From: a virus
Length of the DNA: 64,000 nt
Direction: 5' to 3' (one strand)
IMG/VR virus record: IMGVR_UViG_3300022074_000013
Span: 30,776-94,775 of that record
Shown here: one piece after another, positions 57,417-64,000 of the stretch
Numbering within the stretch: the first letter of the stretch is position 1
Layout: every line of letters starts with the position of its first letter
Program-made: the position numbers and the translations under genes
The notes under the pieces: generated by a model
Databases searched by the model: none
What the model was told of the DNA's origin: nothing
Seen by the model: only the letters and a program-made list of their open reading frames with translations

Positions 57417-57477
57417 AAAACCCCTTACAGAAATTTATTATACATAGTATAATAGGTATACATTATGGAGAAGTGTT

Positions 57478-58533
57478 ATGTCATTTATTAAAGACTTAGT
57501 AAAGTCCACTGGGAACGAATACGCTAGTGTTGTTTCCGATGGCGTGGCTGCTGGAGACGTTGACTCGTTTATTGATACGGGTTCTTATATCTTCAACGCC
57601 TTATTGAGTGGTTCACTAAAAGGTGGATTACCTAAAAACAAAATCACTGCACTTGCAGGTGAGTCTGCCACTGGTAAGACTTTCTTTGCATTGGGTATGG
57701 TCAAACAATTCTTGGAAGACCACCCTGAAGCTGCTGTGATTTACTTTGAATCAGAATCTGCACTAACGAAAGATATGATTGAGGAAAGAGGAATCGATTC
57801 CAATCGTATAGTTATCGTGCCTGTAGTGACGGTTCAAGAATTCAGAAACCAATCGCTGAATATACTTGATAAGTATCTTGAGACAGAAGAGTCAGAACGT
57901 CCACCTATGATGTTTGTACTTGATTCTCTTGGTATGCTATCAACTACTAAAGAGATTGAAGATACTGCAGAAGGAAAAGAGACAAGAGATATGACTCGAG
58001 CACAAATTACTAAGGGTGCATTCAGAGTTCTAACTCTTAAACTTGGACGTGCAAAAGTGCCAATGATTGTAACCAATCACACTTATGACGTTATAGGTTC
58101 CATGTTCCCACAAAAAGAAATGGGTGGTGGTTCAGGTCTTAAGTATGCGGCCTCTTCAATTATATTCTTGTCAAAAAGGAAAGAGAAGGACGGTACAGAA
58201 ATCATTGGTAATATCATTCATTGTAAGAATGCTAAATCAAGATTGACTGTGGAAAACAGAATGGTAGATGTCAGACTTACATATGATAAAGGTCTTGATA
58301 GATACTATGGGTTACTTGACCTTGCACTTGCCTTTGACGTATTCAAAAAACAAGGAACGAGAGTTCTTTTACCAACAGGTAAAACAGAATACGGTAAGAC
58401 AATCAATAACAATCCTGAAAAGTATTTTACAGAAGACGTTATGGATAAATTAGAAGAAGTAGTTAATGAGTATTTTAAGTATGGAAAATCAAGCGAGACT
58501 GGAACAGACGATTCTCAAGAATCTAGTTCTTAA
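57478..58533 (+). CDS. uvsX: RecA-like recombinase UvsX
   Basis: '[10 protein letters not shown]', 'DSLGML' and '[11 protein letters not shown]'. Confidence 0.96.
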   Translation: MSFIKDLVKSTGNEYASVVSDGVAAGDVDSFIDTGSYIFNALLSGSLKGGLPKNKITALAGESATGKTFFALGMVKQFLEDHPEAAVIYFESESALTKDMIEERGIDSNRIVIVPVVTVQEFRNQSLNILDKYLETEESERPPMMFVLDSLGMLSTTKEIEDTAEGKETRDMTRAQITKGAFRVLTLKLGRAKVPMIVTNHTYDVIGSMFPQKEMGGGSGLKYAASSIIFLSKRKEKDGTEIIGNIIHCKNAKSRLTVENRMVDVRLTYDKGLDRYYGLLDLALAFDVFKKQGTRVLLPTGKTEYGKTINNNPEKYFTEDVMDKLEEVVNEYFKYGKSSETGTDDSQESSS

Positions 58534-59869
58534 CGAAACATTTAGTAGAAAAGTATTACCCTACATTAAGGGTTCGTATTTCACTGAGATGGACGAAAGG
58601 ACTGTCTTCTCAGAGATATCTGATTACTTTTTAAAGTTCAACCAGCCCCCTACAACTGAGGCACTTCTCATAAATCTAGATAGTAATGAAGAGTTATCTG
58701 ATAACATTCTAGGTTCAGCAAAATCAGTTGTAGCGGGGTTCGGTTCTTTTGAGGAAGATACTCCTGTAGAATGGTTGACGGAAGAAACTGAGAAGTGGTG
58801 CCAAGACAGAGCAATCTATCTTGCACTTATGGACAGTATTGAAGTCGTAGACAAAAAGTCTCAAAGGTCTACAGGTGAGATTCCTGAATTATTGAAAGAC
58901 GCCTTATCAGTTACATTTGACGCAAACGTAGGTCATAATGTATTAGAAGACTCGGAGAAAAGATTTGAGTTTTATACTACAGAAGAAGAGAAGATACCAT
59001 TTGATTTGGAATACTTCAACAAAGTGACTAAGGGTGGATTACCAAACAAAACTTTGAACATTTGTCTCGCAGGAACAGGTGTTGGTAAATCACTATTCAT
59101 GTGTCACTGTGCTTCTGCTCACTTACTTATGGGTAAGAATGTATTGTACATTACCATGGAAATGGCAGAAGAAAGAATCGCAGAAAGAATCGATTCAAAC
59201 ATTATGAATGTACCAATCAAAGAACTGCCTGATATGTCTAAGTCAATGTATGGTAAGAAGATTGAAAAACTAAAAGACAAAACAAAAGGTAGAGTATTCA
59301 TTAAAGAATATCCTACAGCAGCTGCTCATGTTGGACACTTTAGACACTTACTACAAGAACTAGAACTCAAGAAAGATTTTAAACCCGATATAATCTATAT
59401 CGATTATCTAAACATATGTGGGTCATTACGTATCAGACCTGGCGCTGGTGCAAACTCTTACACATTGGTCAAGAGTATTGCTGAAGAAATGCGTGGTCTT
59501 GCGGTTGAATATGACGTGCCCATTATGAGTGCAACACAAACTACAAGAAGTGGTTTTGGTTCTACCGATATTGGTTTAGAAGATACCTCAGAATCATTTG
59601 GATTACCTGCAACAGCAGACTTTATGTTTGCTTTGATTACGTCTGAGGAACTAGAAGAGTTAGACCAAATGGTGGTCAAACAATTGAAAAACAGATACAA
59701 CGACCCTACAGTATTCAAAAGATTTGTTTTGGGTGTTGATAGAAGTCGTATGAAATTCTATGACTGTGAACAAGAAGCACAGGAAGAACTCGTTGATAGT
59801 GCAATTGCACAGGAAGACGACACGCCTGTAATGGACAGAAATGAGAAATTCAAGGACTTTAAAATATAA
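58481..59869 (+). CDS. g41: Replicative helicase gp41
   Basis: 'AGTGVGKS', 'IDYLNI', 'SATQTTRSG' and 'KQLKNRY'. Confidence 0.96.
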   Translation: MENQARLEQTILKNLVLNETFSRKVLPYIKGSYFTEMDERTVFSEISDYFLKFNQPPTTEALLINLDSNEELSDNILGSAKSVVAGFGSFEEDTPVEWLTEETEKWCQDRAIYLALMDSIEVVDKKSQRSTGEIPELLKDALSVTFDANVGHNVLEDSEKRFEFYTTEEEKIPFDLEYFNKVTKGGLPNKTLNICLAGTGVGKSLFMCHCASAHLLMGKNVLYITMEMAEERIAERIDSNIMNVPIKELPDMSKSMYGKKIEKLKDKTKGRVFIKEYPTAAAHVGHFRHLLQELELKKDFKPDIIYIDYLNICGSLRIRPGAGANSYTLVKSIAEEMRGLAVEYDVPIMSATQTTRSGFGSTDIGLEDTSESFGLPATADFMFALITSEELEELDQMVVKQLKNRYNDPTVFKRFVLGVDRSRMKFYDCEQEAQEELVDSAIAQEDDTPVMDRNEKFKDFKI

Positions 59870-59903
59870 AAATACCTAAATAGTAAGACAGTATGGTATT
59901 ATT

Positions 59904-60080
59904 ATGGCAAAGAATTTGAAATCGCAAGAAGTTCTAGACTTACTACAACAGAAAGTTAGTTTGAAAAAGGAATTAAGACTTGCAAGAAAACAAAAAGACT
60001 CTAATGAGGTGCAACGCCTCAATGGTGCCATATCTTCTATTGACAAACACCTTAGTTCGACACCATTACAGAAATCATAA
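59904..60080 (+). CDS. Small basic protein, 58 aa; absent from ORF track
   Basis: MAKNLKSQEVLDLLQQKVSLKKELRLARKQ... after a TAAATA promoter. Confidence 0.55.
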   Translation: MAKNLKSQEVLDLLQQKVSLKKELRLARKQKDSNEVQRLNGAISSIDKHLSSTPLQKS

Positions 60081-60119
60081 ATAGTAGACAAACACTTCAA
60101 AAGGTGGTAGCCTACTATT

Positions 60120-61325
60120 ATGGCAGTTAAAAATTTACATTTAGAACATTTAGAAGACGAGATTATCAATAATGGTATTGATGGTGGACGTTCTGCTATC
60201 TATTTCCTTATGGAACTACGCAAAATGCTCAAGGGTAATAGTAGTTCACGTGTTAACATGACTGTCAAATGGGACGGTGCACCTGCTATATGGGCAGGGC
60301 CTCACCCCGAATCAGGTGAGTTCTTTGTTGCAAAGAAATCTTTATTCACCCAAAAACAATTACACTATAAATCAGAACAAGAAATCAAAGACGCACCTGA
60401 ACTTACAGGTGACCTAGAAGAAAAATTCCTTACTTCATTTAGATATCTTTCAAAAGTAGGCATGAAAGAAATCCTACAAGGTGATTTAATGTATACTAAT
60501 GATAAAGGTTCTACTAAATTTGATGACGGTAAGTACATTACATTCCAACCTAATACAATTCTATACGCAGTCAAAGAAGATTCAGACTTAGGTAAAAGGA
60601 TTAAGAAATCAAAAATGGGTATCGTATTTCATACCACATACAGTGGTTCTACCATAGAAGGATTAGGTGCTAAATTTGGTGCAAATATAAGTGGACTAAA
60701 ACAAGGTGACGTTTGGATAGATGACGCAACATATAAAGACGTTAGTGGTACAGGTTCAATGACTGCTAAAGAAGCAATGCATTTATCTAAGATACTAACC
60801 GCAACAGGTAAAGCATTCCATGGAATCAAGAAAAATGATTTAACTAAGTTCCAAAAAGTTATGGCAACTATGGAATCAAAAGGTGCTTCGGGGGCAACAT
60901 ATAAAACATATGCTAACTCACTTATACGTACAGGTGGTAAATTCAAACCAAACTCTCAAGACTACATAAACTATGTTGGTAAATATTGGGAAGAAAAAAT
61001 AGTTGCAAAAGTAAAACAAGAAAAGACTAAGAATATCAAAAGAGAGATTGGACAAGATTTAATTAAAGAATTAAATGGATTAAGAAAAATGATTGATAAT
61101 CTTACTGCTTTCCAATCATATTTGGTAGAAGGTAAAATGTTAATTATCAATTGTCTTAACAGAGTTAAGGGTATAGGAACATTCAAGAAAACAAACAAGG
61201 GATTTGAAGTAGTAAATCCCGAAGGTTACGTAGCAATCGATAAAGAAGGTGGTGCTGTTAAACTGGTAGACCGTATGGAATTTGCCTATAATAACTTCAC
61301 TGCACAAAAGAATTGGGATAAATAG
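60120..61325 (+). CDS. Conserved T4-like protein (DUF6267-like) with ligase-type nucleotidyltransferase motifs
   Basis: 'HLEHLED', motif I 'KWDG', 'QGDLM', motif IV 'EGYV' and motif V 'KLV'. Confidence 0.7.
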   Translation: MAVKNLHLEHLEDEIINNGIDGGRSAIYFLMELRKMLKGNSSSRVNMTVKWDGAPAIWAGPHPESGEFFVAKKSLFTQKQLHYKSEQEIKDAPELTGDLEEKFLTSFRYLSKVGMKEILQGDLMYTNDKGSTKFDDGKYITFQPNTILYAVKEDSDLGKRIKKSKMGIVFHTTYSGSTIEGLGAKFGANISGLKQGDVWIDDATYKDVSGTGSMTAKEAMHLSKILTATGKAFHGIKKNDLTKFQKVMATMESKGASGATYKTYANSLIRTGGKFKPNSQDYINYVGKYWEEKIVAKVKQEKTKNIKREIGQDLIKELNGLRKMIDNLTAFQSYLVEGKMLIINCLNRVKGIGTFKKTNKGFEVVNPEGYVAIDKEGGAVKLVDRMEFAYNNFTAQKNWDK

Positions 61326-61329
61326 AAGT

Positions 61330-62166
61330 ATGTATGACGATTTAATAATAGAAGACGCAGAATACCAAGGTAAGAAGGTCAAACTGAATGACCCTATCAG
61401 AAACCCTAGTGGTAGTAAAAAGAAGTTCAAGGTCTACGTTAAGAACGATAAAGATAATGTCGTTAAGGTTGAGTTTGGTGACCCTAATATGGAAATCAAA
61501 CGTGACGACCCCAAGAGATTAAAAGCATATCGTGCTAGAATGAACTGTGATACAGACCCAGGCCCAAAATGGAAAGCAAACTATTGGTCTTGTTGGCAAT
61601 GGAGAGCAAACGCACCAGTAGATGACGATGTCAAATATGACTTTGAATATTTCTTAGGTGAAGTAGTATCAATGAAAACTAGACTGAAAATGAAACAGGC
61701 ATTCAAGAAGAACAAAGCAAAGATACTAAGAGCAAGAAAGAAAGCTGCTAAGAAACCACAACTACAGAAAGGTCAGATAGAAAAGAAAGCAGAATTACAG
61801 GCACGTAAAGCAATAGAAAAGAAAATTCTTAAAGGTAAATCCAAGAAAGATTTAGGTGTTGGTGCAAAAGCAGCCCTTGAAAAACAAATGGCGAAGAAAC
61901 AAAAAGCAATCAAGAAGATTGCTATGAAGATACGTAAAGACGTAATCGCAAAAGAGAAAGCAAAAATCAAAAAGAAACTTGGGGGTGTGAATGAAGAGTT
62001 TGCATTACCAAAATATCCAGCACAAACTGATATCAAATTTAAAGAGGATGATTGGGTAATTGGTGACCCTGAAAAGGGATATGAGTATGACACCTCTAAG
62101 ACTGGTGACCAAAACATGGAAATCATGAATGACTTGGTGGATAAAGAAAGGGAGACAATGAAGTGA
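61330..62166 (+). CDS. Basic multidomain protein, probably head-packaged
   Basis: 'KKFKVYVKN...VEFGD...RARMNC...YWSC' domain plus a Lys-rich helix. Start set 5 nt after GATAAATA. Confidence 0.65.
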   Translation: MYDDLIIEDAEYQGKKVKLNDPIRNPSGSKKKFKVYVKNDKDNVVKVEFGDPNMEIKRDDPKRLKAYRARMNCDTDPGPKWKANYWSCWQWRANAPVDDDVKYDFEYFLGEVVSMKTRLKMKQAFKKNKAKILRARKKAAKKPQLQKGQIEKKAELQARKAIEKKILKGKSKKDLGVGAKAALEKQMAKKQKAIKKIAMKIRKDVIAKEKAKIKKKLGGVNEEFALPKYPAQTDIKFKEDDWVIGDPEKGYEYDTSKTGDQNMEIMNDLVDKERETMK

Positions 62167-63449
62167 AATCTTTTAGGTCATTTAACGAGGCAAAAGAAAA
62201 GGGTGCTACATTTACATTTGGTAGATTCAATCCACCCACCACTGGTCACGCAAAACTAGTCAAGAAGTTGGAACAATCTTCCAAAGGTGGTTATGTGCCT
62301 TTAATTTACACTTCACATTCAAGTGACCCTAAAAAGAATCCTCTTAGTTACAAACAAAAAATTACATACCTCAAGAAGTTCTTTCCTAAGATTGGTGTTA
62401 TCAATACACCTGCACGAACTATCTTTGAAATTGTAGTAGACCTACACAACAAAGGATATACGAATGTACGTATGGTTGTAGGTTCAGATAGAGTCAAAGA
62501 GTTTGATATGCTTGTTAAGAAGTATAACGGAAAAAAAGGAAGACACGGTTTCTACAAATTCAATTCAATCGACATTATATCTGCTGGTGAACGTGACCCT
62601 GACGCAGATGACGTATCAGGAATGAGTGCAAGTAAAATGAGAGCACTTGCTGGTGAAGGAGACTTTGACGCATTCCAAGAAGGTGTTCCAAGTAAAAACA
62701 AAAGATTGGCACAGTCATTATATAAAGACGTTAGAACTGGTATGGGTATCAAAGAAGAAACTATACCTTGGTATATCAGAGAAGATTTGATTATGGAAGG
62801 TGTTTATGACCAAGGAATATTCAAAGCAGTATTTCTTATGGGTGGGCCAGGCAGTGGTAAATCCACAGTTGTAGATAGACTTGCACTAAAACCACTAGGT
62901 TTAAAACTTGTAAACACGGACAAAGCATTTGAAGTGGGACTAAAGAAAGCAGGTTTGGGACTTGACTTAAGAGGTGCAGACTTCTCTAAAGTTGACCCTG
63001 TACGTGCGAAAGCAAAGAAGATTACAGGTATGAATCTAGATAATTATATTGAAGGAAGACTAGGACTTATATTTGATACCACAGCTGCTAAGTCAAGCAA
63101 GATTGCAAACTATAAAAAGATGTTAGACAAACTAGGATACGATTATAAAATGGTATTCGTAAATACTTCTTTAGATAACGCACAAGCAAGAAACGATATG
63201 AGAGCAAGAAAACTACCACCTGAAATAGTAAAGGGTGATTGGGACGCCTCACAAAAAAATGCAAGTAAATTTAGAGCAATGTTCAAGAAAGATTTTGTAG
63301 AGATAACAAATAATGATGATGTTAAATCATTAGAAAAGAAAGCAGACCAGTTGTATAGTAAACTACTGACATGGACAAGTAAGTTCCCTAGTAACAAAAT
63401 GGCAATGGCATGGAGAGAACAAGAACTTCTTAAAAAGAAGTCTAAATAA
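62163..63449 (+). CDS. Cytidylyltransferase-like (HxGH) domain fused to a P-loop kinase (zeta toxin/AAA_33-like)
   Basis: 'FGRFNPPTTGH', 'VVGSDR' and 'MSASKMR'; then 'GGPGSGKS' and 'LIFDTT'. Confidence 0.85.
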   Translation: MKSFRSFNEAKEKGATFTFGRFNPPTTGHAKLVKKLEQSSKGGYVPLIYTSHSSDPKKNPLSYKQKITYLKKFFPKIGVINTPARTIFEIVVDLHNKGYTNVRMVVGSDRVKEFDMLVKKYNGKKGRHGFYKFNSIDIISAGERDPDADDVSGMSASKMRALAGEGDFDAFQEGVPSKNKRLAQSLYKDVRTGMGIKEETIPWYIREDLIMEGVYDQGIFKAVFLMGGPGSGKSTVVDRLALKPLGLKLVNTDKAFEVGLKKAGLGLDLRGADFSKVDPVRAKAKKITGMNLDNYIEGRLGLIFDTTAAKSSKIANYKKMLDKLGYDYKMVFVNTSLDNAQARNDMRARKLPPEIVKGDWDASQKNASKFRAMFKKDFVEITNNDDVKSLEKKADQLYSKLLTWTSKFPSNKMAMAWREQELLKKKSK

Positions 63450-63453
63450 ACAT

Positions 63454-64000
63454 ATGAGAGTAACAAAAACTTACAAACAATCTGAATGGTTAGTAGAAGG
63501 CCCCGAAGAAGCAGCCTCTCTTAAAGCAGACCAAGCACGTGAAGTTGAAGATTTAAAACGAAGACACGAAGACGAAGTTGAAAATTTAAAACTGAAACAC
63601 GAAAGAGAGTCGGAAAGACAATCAAAAAAAGACGAAGCAGAAGCTGAAAGAGAATCACAACAAGAAGATACTTTACCTGATATCGAAGATTCAAAATATT
63701 TACAAGACGCTGTTGACGAAGGTAAGTTAGTTAGTAGTGTAGACAATGTACTTGATATTATTGTTAAAAAACTTAAATCTGAAATGGGTAAAAGATATAA
63801 GAAAGATGCAAAAGACGGAATAACATTTATTAGTTCTATAGCAAAAATGGTAGGAATTGTAGTATCTGATAAGAAACAAGGGAAAAACAGATTGTTCTTA
63901 AAACAAGGTGATGAATTAGAAGAAGGACTTTGGGACAATATCAGAAAGAAAAGAGCTCGTGGTGAAAAGATGAGAAAGAAGGGTGAAAAAGGAGCTCCAA
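63454..64000 (+). CDS. Charged multidomain protein, probably head-packaged (3'-truncated)
   Basis: Frame open from ATG 63454 (5 nt after TCTAAATA) to the window end; 'LVEG', 'VDEG' and 'LEEGLWDNIRKKR'. Confidence 0.7.
   Translation, partial: MRVTKTYKQSEWLVEGPEEAASLKADQAREVEDLKRRHEDEVENLKLKHERESERQSKKDEAEAERESQQEDTLPDIEDSKYLQDAVDEGKLVSSVDNVLDIIVKKLKSEMGKRYKKDAKDGITFISSIAKMVGIVVSDKKQGKNRLFLKQGDELEEGLWDNIRKKRARGEKMRKKGEKGAP

Noticed and set aside
11972-59869. Introns, inteins or homing endonucleases in g17, g20, g23, g43 or g41
   Set aside because: The ORFs are uninterrupted, of normal length, and lack intein or HNH/GIY-YIG/LAGLIDADG motifs.

Overview
64 kb of an AT-rich T4-like myovirus genome, probably infecting a marine or aquatic heterotrophic bacterium. 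All credible genes are on the + strand. Gene order: end of a tail fibre; a Pro/Gln/Tyr/Thr-rich repeat protein followed by a glycosyltransferase/2OG-Fe(II) oxygenase cluster; the morphogenesis block g13-g23 and g3; uvsY/uvsW; g55-g47-g46; accessory genes (ferritin-like di-iron protein, peptide deformylase, oxygenases); an early region (CobT/VWA and CobS/MoxR); g45-g44-(peroxiredoxin)-g62-regA; a csgF-csgG-curlin-FecR-curlin-SleB-CHASE2/adenylate cyclase cassette; hsp20; a DruA/DUF4338(Mom)-like gene with an abutting atypical tRNA-Gly, a radical SAM gene and an SDR; lysozyme; g43; uvsX; g41; and probable head-packaged proteins. Main observations: (1) The repeat protein (2004-3377) has two ~190-residue arms in an exact mirror register (i+j=491; all 14 PAN triplets face TYQ), suggesting a giant beta-hairpin needle with neighbouring modifying enzymes. 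(2) A Mom/DruA-like GNAT gene sits 5 nt from a tRNA-Gly with non-proteinogenic features, a candidate tRNA-dependent glycylation system. (3) Curli export genes are linked to FecR and a CHASE2 adenylate cyclase. (4) Leaderless transcripts are pervasive, three promoter classes are visible, hsp20 has a ROSE-like thermometer and g44 has a pseudoknotted leader. All product calls come from motif recognition and synteny, not from database searches.
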